Shown here: piece after piece, positions 44,523 through 52,399 of the stretch | Layout: each line of letters begins with the position of its first letter | How positions within the stretch are numbered: position 1 is the stretch's first letter | Source: Eubacteriales bacterium | GTDB lineage: Bacteria > Bacillota > Clostridia > Oscillospirales > JAAYXM01 | Assembly: GCA_045629985.1 (NCBI GenBank) | Contig: JAZQSI010000021.1 | Location: 1-53,714, forward strand | Direction: 5' to 3' | Length of the DNA stretch: 53,714 bases | The notes under the pieces: model-generated | Seen by the model: only the letters and a program-made list of their open reading frames with translations | Database searches by the model: none | What the model was told of the DNA's origin: nothing | Position numbers and translations under genes: made by a program

Positions 44523-45401
44523 TTATTCTATATTCTGAACCTGTTCGCGAATCTTCTCAATTTCAGCCTTTATATCAACAACCGTCGAGGTAATCTCAAG
44601 GTCGTTTGCCTTTGAGCCCATCGTGTTGACCTCACGATTAAGCTCCTGAACGAGAAAATCAAGCTTTCTGCCGATTGCACCGCCGGACTTCAACATATCG
44701 CGGAACTGGGCGATGTGGCTGTGGAGGCGGACGGTTTCTTCGTCAATTGCAATCTTATCTGCAAAAATTGCAGCCTCGGTAAGGATTCTCTGCGGCTCAA
44801 TCATCGTGTTGTCGAGAATCTCCTGCATCTTCGCCTCTAAACGTGCTCGATATTCTTCAACACACTTGGGAGAGCGCTCTTCAACGGTTGCCGCAAGCTT
44901 TTCGATAAGGTCAAGTCGTGAAAGTATATCCTCCGCAAGCCTTGCTCCCTCTTTAACTCTCATCTCAGCGTGACCTTCAAGAGCGGCCACAAGAACACTC
45001 GTCACGTCTGCCGTGAGCTCGTCTGCATCGTCGTCTTCCTTTTCGACGGTGAGAACATCGGGAATTCTCATAACCTCGGAAACAGAGCCGATACCGCGGA
45101 TGCCGTAGCTTTCTTCAAGCGTCTTGAACGCTTTAAAATAACCGTCAAGAAGCGACTGATTAAGTTTTACCGTAACATTTTCCGCTTCAGAATTGTCTAT
45201 CGTTATGAAAACGTCAACTTTACCTCTTGCAACCTTTGACGAGATTGCCGCCTTGACCGCATCCTCAAGAAATGCATAAGTTCTGGATGTCTTGACTGTG
45301 CAGTCAAGATATCTGTGGTTGACACTCTTTACCTCAACCGTAATACCACGTTTATGTAAGTTTTCAGAGGCTCTTCCGTAGCCCGTCATACTTTTTACCA
45401 T
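44523..45401 (-). CDS. yicC: YicC-family stress-induced protein (endoribonuclease YloC-like)
   Basis: MTGYGRA N-terminus, VEVKSVNHRYLD, and C-terminal GRKLDFLVQELNREVNTMGSKAND...EIEKIREQVQNIE. Confidence 0.92.
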   Translation of the reverse strand: MVKSMTGYGRASENLHKRGITVEVKSVNHRYLDCTVKTSRTYAFLEDAVKAAISSKVARGKVDVFITIDNSEAENVTVKLNQSLLDGYFKAFKTLEESYGIRGIGSVSEVMRIPDVLTVEKEDDDADELTADVTSVLVAALEGHAEMRVKEGARLAEDILSRLDLIEKLAATVEERSPKCVEEYRARLEAKMQEILDNTMIEPQRILTEAAIFADKIAIDEETVRLHSHIAQFRDMLKSGGAIGRKLDFLVQELNREVNTMGSKANDLEITSTVVDIKAEIEKIREQVQNIE

Positions 45402-45470
45402 AGTCTTTCCCTCTGCTTCCGTAACAATTTAGTGCAATAAAAATATTATACCAATTTTCTTTAATATTTG

Positions 45471-45989
45471 TCAATGAAATCTGCCGCCTCTGCCACGTTT
45501 TGCCATATACAAAAACATTATTTTTCCAATGCAAATGTCATAGAGAATAACTGCAATGTTATAGAACAAAAAGAAGTACTTTCTGCCCATAATTATAATC
45601 TCTCCGACCGTGTCCAAAAGCACAAGCGTTACATACAACGCCGCAAACGCGAGGAGATTTGCAATAACGAGCTTTATAACCCACGAAAGCCATTTCTTCC
45701 CCACTCTTTCAACGAGCGTTTTGACAATCGGATAATGTCCGAAAAGGAGCACGTATAAAACAACGCAGGCTTTATCTGGCACGAAAACTGCCGAAATAAC
45801 AGAAACTGCAACGTACATCAGAATCGCATACTTATACCCGCATTCGGAAAGTGCGAAAGCAGAAATAACCCCGCAAATCGCAAGGATTGTAAGCGACATA
45901 TTCGGAAATGCTGAAGACAAAAAAGCAAAAACTACCGATAGCGCTGTAAACGAGGCACAAAGCGTAATGTTTTTTGTTTCTTTTCTCAT
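45471..45989 (-). CDS. Polytopic membrane protein, unknown function (last gene of the cdaA string)
   Basis: About 172 aa from ATG 45989, which lies 1 nt after the upstream stop (TGAtATG). There are 5 hydrophobic helices. The ORF-track extension to 46091 would overlap the J-domain gene by 100 nt. Confidence 0.55.
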   Translation of the reverse strand: MRKETKNITLCASFTALSVVFAFLSSAFPNMSLTILAICGVISAFALSECGYKYAILMYVAVSVISAVFVPDKACVVLYVLLFGHYPIVKTLVERVGKKWLSWVIKLVIANLLAFAALYVTLVLLDTVGEIIIMGRKYFFLFYNIAVILYDICIGKIMFLYMAKRGRGGRFH

Positions 45990-45990
45990 A

Positions 45991-46557
45991 TCAGCAACAG
46001 TCACACAAACAATCTGCACACATAAGCCCTGCGCAGCAGTCACACGGTGTGACCATTCCTCCGCCGAATGAGCTTGCACCACCTGATGCACTCATACGGT
46101 TGAGCGCCTCTGCGTATTCGGGGTTATTCGGCTCCATTGAATACGCCTTCTGAAAATACGTTCTCGCGTTGTCGTACCAGCCTTTTCTGAGCATAACGCT
46201 TCCCATAAGGAAGTTCCACTCCGCATCATGTGTCGGGATCTGAGAAAGAAGCTGCTCTGCAAGAAAAATATTATTCTCCGAAATCGCGCGGCGTATTTCA
46301 GCATAACTCGAATTCCCGCTACCACGCGAATATGAACCCGAAGAGGAGCCTGAATAGCTCGATGAAGATGCACGCGAATTCATAATCGAATCATATGCTT
46401 CGTTGATTTCTTTCATCTTCTCCTCCGCGAGGTCTGCAAGCGGATTGTTTATATAGTTGTCCGGGTGATATTTTTTTGCAAGTTCGCGATATGCCCTTTT
46501 CACTTCATCGTTTGATGCCGAACTTGACACACCAAGCACTACGTATGGGTCTTTCAT
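45991..46557 (-). CDS. J-domain protein with Ser/Gly linker, TPR-like segment and C-terminal cysteine string
   Basis: N-terminal J domain [32 protein letters not shown] (HPD tripeptide). Low-complexity [22 protein letters not shown] follows. A TPR-like [26 protein letters not shown] segment is present. The tail is [17 protein letters not shown]. Confidence 0.8.
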   Translation of the reverse strand: MKDPYVVLGVSSSASNDEVKRAYRELAKKYHPDNYINNPLADLAEEKMKEINEAYDSIMNSRASSSSYSGSSSGSYSRGSGNSSYAEIRRAISENNIFLAEQLLSQIPTHDAEWNFLMGSVMLRKGWYDNARTYFQKAYSMEPNNPEYAEALNRMSASGGASSFGGGMVTPCDCCAGLMCADCLCDCC

Positions 46558-46560
46558 AAA

Positions 46561-47406
46561 TTACTTCTCCTTATGTGTAACCGTATATACGGAATGTTCC
46601 ATTCCAAGCTCAATAATATTCTTTATAAGTCCCGTATTTTCATTCTCATAAAGAAGGTCAAAAGCAAGTTTAACTGCATCCCTGCTATGACCAAGAGTTG
46701 TCAGAACCTCATTTTTGATGTCTTCTGGCAATGTCCCTGAAAATACACCGAAGCGCTCTGCAATCGGATTGTATTCATCCCGCTTCGCATCTTCCGAAAG
46801 GTCGTCAAGCGCATCGATAATATACACAAACCGACCTATGTGATATAACATCTGCGAGAGAATTCTCGCGTTTTCCTGCTTCTCATCAACAAGAGCCTCA
46901 AGCATCTTTGCAAACTTATCCGCAGGCTCATCTATCGATGGCACTCTTGCCGCCTCAAGGAGCGAAAGCTCCGAATAAAGCCGTTTTGCGCACTCGGCAT
47001 AATGAGGATTTCTCTTTCCTGCGCGCTTATAGGCAGGTTTTAAAAGAAGCCTTGGGATGCGGTACTTGAAGATACCTTTCAAAAAACCCGTATCAGCAAC
47101 ATCGTCGCAGAGTTTGAGGTAGAAAAGAATTACCGAGATATCCGCAGTTTTATCGTACACCTCGGACAGAATACACATTCTTCCCGACGGACACGCGATG
47201 CACCGCTTCTTTTTCACTTCGCTTTTGTAGGTTCCTGCAGATTCCAAAGCAAGCGCAACAAAAGTGAAATCGTAATTAACAATAAAGCGTGATAAAAAGC
47301 CATATCGGCTCTTCAGAGCGTTGCACAAGCCACAATAAGCCGAGCGGTAATGTTCATACTCTCGCATCTTGAGTTCAGGTTTAAACGGTTTTATATATCC
47401 AAACAT
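46561..47406 (-). CDS. DUF5685-like protein (name from recollection), Cys-motif protein of unknown function
   Basis: 281 aa. N-terminus MFGYIKPFKPELKMREYEHYRSAYCGLCNALKSRYG, then KKKRCIACPSGRMC. There are no TM segments. It lies 1 nt after the cdaR stop and 3 nt before the J-domain ATG. Confidence 0.55.
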   Translation of the reverse strand: MFGYIKPFKPELKMREYEHYRSAYCGLCNALKSRYGFLSRFIVNYDFTFVALALESAGTYKSEVKKKRCIACPSGRMCILSEVYDKTADISVILFYLKLCDDVADTGFLKGIFKYRIPRLLLKPAYKRAGKRNPHYAECAKRLYSELSLLEAARVPSIDEPADKFAKMLEALVDEKQENARILSQMLYHIGRFVYIIDALDDLSEDAKRDEYNPIAERFGVFSGTLPEDIKNEVLTTLGHSRDAVKLAFDLLYENENTGLIKNIIELGMEHSVYTVTHKEK

Positions 47407-47407
47407 T

Positions 47408-48655
47408 TTAGCTTACTTCAACATATACTGTGTATTTATCTTCATCGGCAGGAGCTACGTTCTCTACTCCGTCAATGACAATCTTTGCCTTCTTCGGATG
47501 TCTTCCGCGGCTGAGCGAACTTGACTTAAGATCAACAATCGCACGGACGTTACCTGAGCTTACTTTTTCAAGCGCCTCATGCGTACCAAGAAGCTCAACG
47601 CTCAGTTTCTTCGTATACGGGCGGACTTTATAACCCGTAGGCAAAGAATCGGTATTTGTGATTTCAATAAGAGATGTCGTCACGGTCTTTTTGCCGAGTC
47701 CATCAAGAGATACGTTTGCAGAAACGCTCTCAAGCCCGCTTAAGTTTATAATTCCTTCAGGCATTAAAAGCTCAAATTCTTTAAGAATTCCGGAGTCGAT
47801 TTCTGAAATCTCCACACTTCCTGCAGATATTCCCGTCATCTGCTCAATAACACTTTCCTCACCGGCAACAAGAATGGTCTGCGGCTCAAAGTTTGCGCGG
47901 ACATGACTTTTGAACGCCTCACTGCCATTAACGTCAACATAAAGAGGGAGCTCCTTCTGCTTGTAAACAGGAATGCTTACATCTATTGCGTCACAGTCTG
48001 CCGTGACGGAAGATTTCTTTATCTGCTTTCCTTCACCGTCATAGTAATGGAACTCCATTTTACCCGTAATGGAGGATTTAAGCTTTTTCTGCGGAATCTC
48101 GACCATAACTCTGGCTATCTTGTCAATTTCCTCCTGACGGCCGACGAGCCTTACTTCATGCGGAAACTTTGTTATTCCGTCATGATTGATTATGTACCCG
48201 TCAGCTACAAGGTCATCCATACTGATTTCGGCAGGAAGAACCTTGACGATTTCTTTATCAACCGTAACCTCAAGCTTTTCAGGATACTTTCTGCGTATTG
48301 TATATGCAGAAGAAAGCGGAGCAATCGTTATCGGAAGTTCATACGTTCCGGGTCCTGTAAGCGTTGATAAATCAACCTCTACGCGTATGTCATTCTTATC
48401 GAGCGAACGAATGTCCTTACGACTGCCCGAAATCTTGACATCAACTGTATATTTACCGACAACCATAAGATTCTGGGAAGTCCTGATTGTCTCTTCCCCT
48501 ACAAAAACAGGGGTTATTCCGCGGTATGTGTGCTCTGTTGAAGGATTCACAACATTCACAACATACAGCCAGAGAACCAAAGCGATTAAAACGGAAAGCG
48601 CTTTGGTCAATACATCATATTTTTTCAACCAATCCATCATAGCACTACGTTTCAT
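47408..48655 (-). CDS. cdaR: CdaR (YbbR-repeat regulator of diadenylate cyclase)
   Basis: N-terminal TM followed by repeated beta-rich YbbR-like modules (...V.V.V.G....L......V.VDLS.....G...). The start overlaps the cdaA stop by 4 nt, the canonical cdaA-cdaR arrangement. Confidence 0.8.
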   Translation of the reverse strand: MKRSAMMDWLKKYDVLTKALSVLIALVLWLYVVNVVNPSTEHTYRGITPVFVGEETIRTSQNLMVVGKYTVDVKISGSRKDIRSLDKNDIRVEVDLSTLTGPGTYELPITIAPLSSAYTIRRKYPEKLEVTVDKEIVKVLPAEISMDDLVADGYIINHDGITKFPHEVRLVGRQEEIDKIARVMVEIPQKKLKSSITGKMEFHYYDGEGKQIKKSSVTADCDAIDVSIPVYKQKELPLYVDVNGSEAFKSHVRANFEPQTILVAGEESVIEQMTGISAGSVEISEIDSGILKEFELLMPEGIINLSGLESVSANVSLDGLGKKTVTTSLIEITNTDSLPTGYKVRPYTKKLSVELLGTHEALEKVSSGNVRAIVDLKSSSLSRGRHPKKAKIVIDGVENVAPADEDKYTVYVEVS

Positions 48656-49515
48656 ATCTCTTCATCTTCCTTTTTCTTCGTAAAAATGCCGACAATAAAT
48701 CCCCAGAGTGTCTTCTGCTTTTCTTCCTCAACAGTCGGCATAAGCTCGTTTCTGAGAAGCTTTTCAAGAGTTTCCGGAGCAAGGTGGCGCTTAAGCATAC
48801 CACCGATTGCAACTGAAACAGAACCCGTTTCCTCGGAAACAACAACGACAACGGCATCAGAGTTTTCACTCATACCTACGCCGGCACGATGCCGCATACC
48901 GAGCTGCTTGCTCAGGTTCGTGTTCGCTGAGAGCGGAAGCATGCACCCTGCCGCTGCCACTCTGCCGTTACGGACTATAAGAGCACCGTCGTGCATTGGA
49001 GTGTTCGGGAAAAAGATATTCTTCAGAAGCTCTGCACTGACCTTGGAATCAAGGACGGTTCCGGTTTTAAGCACGCTTGAAATAACTATATCTCTCTCAA
49101 AAACAATAAGTGCACCGGTTCTTGACCACGAAAGGCTCTTGCAAGCCTCCACCGTTTGAGCAATCGCATTCTCAACCTCTGATGGCTCAACGTCCTTGTC
49201 TGTATAGAAGCGAAATTTCTTGCTTCCAACTTTTTCAAACACACGGCGAAGTTCAGGCTGGAACAAGACAACAAGAGCAAGAAGACCGAGCTGGAGCGTA
49301 TTGACAAGCAGGAAGTTTAAGATATTCAGACCCAAAAGACCCGAAACCTGCGCAACAAGCAGCAAAAGTATTACGCCCTTGATAACCCTTCCTGCATTCG
49401 TATTTCGCGAAAGCTTTATTAACTTATAAACGATATAAGAGACTACGGCAATGTCAACCAAATCCCATAGACCGAATATCGCGAGATCTCTGATTGCTTG
49501 ATTAAAAAGCTCCAT
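48652..49515 (-). CDS. cdaA: Diadenylate cyclase CdaA (3 TM + DisA_N/DAC domain)
   Basis: Three N-terminal TM helices, then TGALIVFERD, MHDGALIV, GMRHRAGVGMSE, and DAVVVVVSEETGSVS. ATG 49515 follows GAGAGG by 8 nt; the ORF-track GTG is 49524. Confidence 0.92.
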   Translation of the reverse strand: MELFNQAIRDLAIFGLWDLVDIAVVSYIVYKLIKLSRNTNAGRVIKGVILLLLVAQVSGLLGLNILNFLLVNTLQLGLLALVVLFQPELRRVFEKVGSKKFRFYTDKDVEPSEVENAIAQTVEACKSLSWSRTGALIVFERDIVISSVLKTGTVLDSKVSAELLKNIFFPNTPMHDGALIVRNGRVAAAGCMLPLSANTNLSKQLGMRHRAGVGMSENSDAVVVVVSEETGSVSVAIGGMLKRHLAPETLEKLLRNELMPTVEEEKQKTLWGFIVGIFTKKKEDEEI

Positions 49516-49610
49516 CAAACACACCTCTCTGCCATAAAATACTATATTATATATAATAGCACAAAAAAGGGTGTTTGGGAAACCTTTTTTTATTAATTTA
49601 CAGAAAATTT

Positions 49611-50756
49611 TTAGTTTGTAGTTTTTTGCCGCTCAGAAAGGATATCAGAAAGCGTTTTCAAGAAGACGTCAACCTCGTTTTCATCTGTAAAGTCACTTAC
49701 ACTTACACGCACTGTTCCCTTCACCGTTCCGACACTTTCGTGACTAAGTGGAGAACAGTGAAACCCGCTTCGTACTGCGATTTTTTTATCACTCAACACA
49801 TTTGCAATTTCTTCAGCACTCATTTTATCCGACACAAAAGAGAGAACTCCCCCTTGCAATAAAGCGTCACTGCTCGAAAACACTTTTATTCCCTCAAGTC
49901 TTCTCAAACCGCGGGCAATTTCCCGCATAAGACTTCTCTCATGACGCATTATTGCACCCTCTCCGCGCTCTGTTATATATGACATACCAGCCGAGAGGCC
50001 CGCAATTCCCGGCACGTTATGTGTTCCGCACTCAAGTCTGTCCGGCATGAAGGCAGGCTGTGTGATATCACGTGACACACTTCCTGTTCCACCCTCAATA
50101 ATTGTATTCAGTTTTTCTCCCTCACGACAAACGAGAAGTCCCGTTCCTTGCGGTCCGTAAAGCCCCTTATGCCCCGGCATACAAATGCAGACGCAAGCGA
50201 GAAGTCGCGAGATTTTTATAGGCAGACTCCCTGCAGACTGCGAGGCATCGATAATAAGCGGAACTCCCTTTTTGTAACAGATTTCGTCTATTCGCTCTAT
50301 CGGAAGTATATACCCGAACACATTTGACATATGTGTGCATACAGCAAAAACGGTATTTTTATCAATAAGCCTCTCAAAACTTCTTGCAATTATTTCAGGA
50401 CAAAAGAGTTTTCCCGTCGCAATTCTACATTCAAGCCCACGACATGCCTTTATTGGTCTGACGACAGAGTTGTGCTCGTATCCTGAAATAACGCAGTTTC
50501 CCTCACGCAACACGCCTTTTATCGCCAAATTTAGCGCGTGTGTTGCATTGCTTGTAAATACAACCTGTTCAGGTGCACTTGCGCCAAAAAGCTCTGCTGC
50601 CTTTTCTCGTGCGCCGTAAACCGTTTCTGCGGCTTTCATTGCGCTTTCATATCCTCCGCGACCAACGCTCGTACTCTCTTTATACGCATTCATAACCGAA
50701 TCAAGCACGCTCTGAGGCTTCTTGAACGTCGTCGCGGCATTGTCAAGATAAATCAT
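49611..50756 (-). CDS. Class-V aminotransferase-fold PLP enzyme, cysteine desulfurase / selenocysteine lyase-like
   Basis: IYLDNAATT N-terminus, PLP-lysine motif MPGHKGLYGPQGTGLL, and C-terminal VRSGFHCSPL (catalytic Cys loop). 381 aa. Confidence 0.85.
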   Translation of the reverse strand: MIYLDNAATTFKKPQSVLDSVMNAYKESTSVGRGGYESAMKAAETVYGAREKAAELFGASAPEQVVFTSNATHALNLAIKGVLREGNCVISGYEHNSVVRPIKACRGLECRIATGKLFCPEIIARSFERLIDKNTVFAVCTHMSNVFGYILPIERIDEICYKKGVPLIIDASQSAGSLPIKISRLLACVCICMPGHKGLYGPQGTGLLVCREGEKLNTIIEGGTGSVSRDITQPAFMPDRLECGTHNVPGIAGLSAGMSYITERGEGAIMRHERSLMREIARGLRRLEGIKVFSSSDALLQGGVLSFVSDKMSAEEIANVLSDKKIAVRSGFHCSPLSHESVGTVKGTVRVSVSDFTDENEVDVFLKTLSDILSERQKTTN

Positions 50757-51007
50757 ATATCTATCACCTTATAACCGTTGTATCTATCGCGTACAACCGC
50801 TTTTACCGGCAAAATCCCATTATATCTGAGGACATCTATCGCCTCGGCAAAAAAACCTTCCGAAACCACCACTGCATAAGCGCAACCACGCTCTGTAATC
50901 TCAAGTTCGGGACGCTCAATATGCGCGGAAATGCCGTTCTTTATAAGCACTTTTTCCATTCTCTGCGCATAGGTAATCGATCTGCTTGTCAAATAAACCG
51001 AATTCAC
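50753..51007 (-). CDS. DUF3343 (putative S/Se carrier-like) small protein
   Basis: About 84 aa. The pattern YLTSRSITYAQRMEKVLIKNGISAHIERPELEI.RGCAYAV resembles DUF3343 as I recall it. GTG 51007 lies 7 nt after AAAGGGGGA; the ORF-track ATG is 51031. The stop overlaps the desulfurase ATG. Confidence 0.55.
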   Translation of the reverse strand: MNSVYLTSRSITYAQRMEKVLIKNGISAHIERPELEITERGCAYAVVVSEGFFAEAIDVLRYNGILPVKAVVRDRYNGYKVIDI

Positions 51008-51125
51008 AGAAATTCCCCCTTTCACCAACATCTTATGCCAAAGATTTAAAATTTGTACACGCTATCACTCATGTCCACATATGAAAAATCGTATATTGCT
51101 ATATAATTTATTCGGAGGTGCCGTT

Positions 51126-52253
51126 TTGAAAAAAACACTTTGCTTTTTACTTGTATTTTCTTTTTTGCTACTACCCGCTCAAGCTGCAGTATCTGCAGGC
51201 GAAATAGCTTCTCCATCCGCGGTTGTTATGGAAAAAAGCACCGGAAAAATCCTGTTTGAAAAAGACGCCCACACTCGTCTTCCCCCCGCAAGTGTCACAA
51301 AGGTTATGACACTTCTCCTCGTTATGGAAGCACTTGAGAACGGTAAACTCAAGCTTGAAGATTCGATATCCGTCAGCGAACACGCCGCAAGCATGGGGGG
51401 CTCGCAGGTTTTTCTCTCTCCCGGTGAAACAATGAGCGTAAACGACCTTCTCAAGGCTACTGTGATTGCATCCGGAAACGACAGCGCAGTAGCGTTGGCT
51501 GAGGCGATTGCAGGAAGTGAAGCAGGTTTTGTTGAACTTATGAATACCCGCGCAAAGGAGCTTGGAATGAACGACACTACTTTTGTAAACTGCACGGGAC
51601 TTGATGCAGAAGGACACCTCACAAGCGCGCATGATATTGCGGTTATGTCAAGAGAACTCATACGTCACAACAAGATAAAAGAATACTCCACAACCTGGAT
51701 GGATTCTCTGCGAAACGGAGCATTTACTCTTGCAAACACGAATAAACTTATACGCTCATATCAGGGTATTACAGGGCTCAAAACCGGCTCTACCGGAAAC
51801 GCAAAGTACTGTCTTTCCGCTACCGCGGAACGCGATGGTATGGAGCTCATCGCAGCGATTATGGCAGCTCCGTCAAGCAAAGAGCGTTTTGCAGATGCCG
51901 CAACGCTTCTCAACTACGGATTTGCAAATTACTCTCTCTGCGATGCCACAGAAGGAATAAACCTCTCCGATGTTCCCGTTGTCCTCGGAAAGAGCGAGTG
52001 TGTCGGGATAAAGCTTTCCGGTTCTGCCTTTGTTCTCACAGAAAAGAGCAAGGCTTCTTCGCTTACAAAAAACATTGAACTTTCAGAGAATGTGAAAGCT
52101 CCGGTAACAGAGGGACAGACTCTTGGCAAAATCGAAATTCTCTCGGACGGAGAAATCGTGCAGACAGTTCCCCTCGTCGCTGCCGAGGACGTCGGAAAGC
52201 TCGATTTTTCTGGCATTTTCATGAAATTTGCCGAAGCTGTTTTTATGAAATAA
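51126..52253 (+). CDS. D-alanyl-D-alanine carboxypeptidase (PBP5/DacB/DacF-like serine peptidase S11)
   Basis: Signal peptide, SxxK (PPASVTK), SxN (ASGNDSA), KTG (LKTGST), and C-terminal PBP5_C-like domain. TTG 51126 follows GGAGGTG by 5 nt; the ORF-track ATG is 51081. Confidence 0.88.
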   Translation: MKKTLCFLLVFSFLLLPAQAAVSAGEIASPSAVVMEKSTGKILFEKDAHTRLPPASVTKVMTLLLVMEALENGKLKLEDSISVSEHAASMGGSQVFLSPGETMSVNDLLKATVIASGNDSAVALAEAIAGSEAGFVELMNTRAKELGMNDTTFVNCTGLDAEGHLTSAHDIAVMSRELIRHNKIKEYSTTWMDSLRNGAFTLANTNKLIRSYQGITGLKTGSTGNAKYCLSATAERDGMELIAAIMAAPSSKERFADAATLLNYGFANYSLCDATEGINLSDVPVVLGKSECVGIKLSGSAFVLTEKSKASSLTKNIELSENVKAPVTEGQTLGKIEILSDGEIVQTVPLVAAEDVGKLDFSGIFMKFAEAVFMK

Positions 52254-52295
52254 GCGAGAATTTTGCCCAATATTTTATATCGTTTTTTTCGACAT

Positions 52296-52338
52296 AAAAA
52301 ATAATTACTCGTTTTTTGCGAGTAATTTATTTTTTTTG
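52296..52338 (+). terminator. Rho-independent terminator after the carboxypeptidase gene
   Basis: Stem aattactcg (52303-52311) / cgagtaatt (52319-52327), followed by tattttttttg. Confidence 0.7.
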
Positions 52339-52358
52339 TGGAAATTTCTTTTAAAGTA

Positions 52359-52367
52359 TGTTATACT
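52359..52367 (+). promoter_or_regulatory. Extended -10 element upstream of ppdK (-35 poor)
   Basis: TGtTATACT at 52359-52367, about 30 nt upstream of the ppdK start. There is only a weak TGGAAA-like -35. Confidence 0.3.
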
Positions 52368-52399
52368 GTTTAGGTAATTAATAGAAAGGAATGATATTT

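Noticed and set aside
49525-49610. Terminator/promoter in the spacer between the desulfurase stop and the cdaA start
   Set aside because: There is only a 5-bp stem (aaagg/ccttt) with a 12-nt loop, plus TATAAT-like A/T sequence. This is too weak to call confidently without transcript data.
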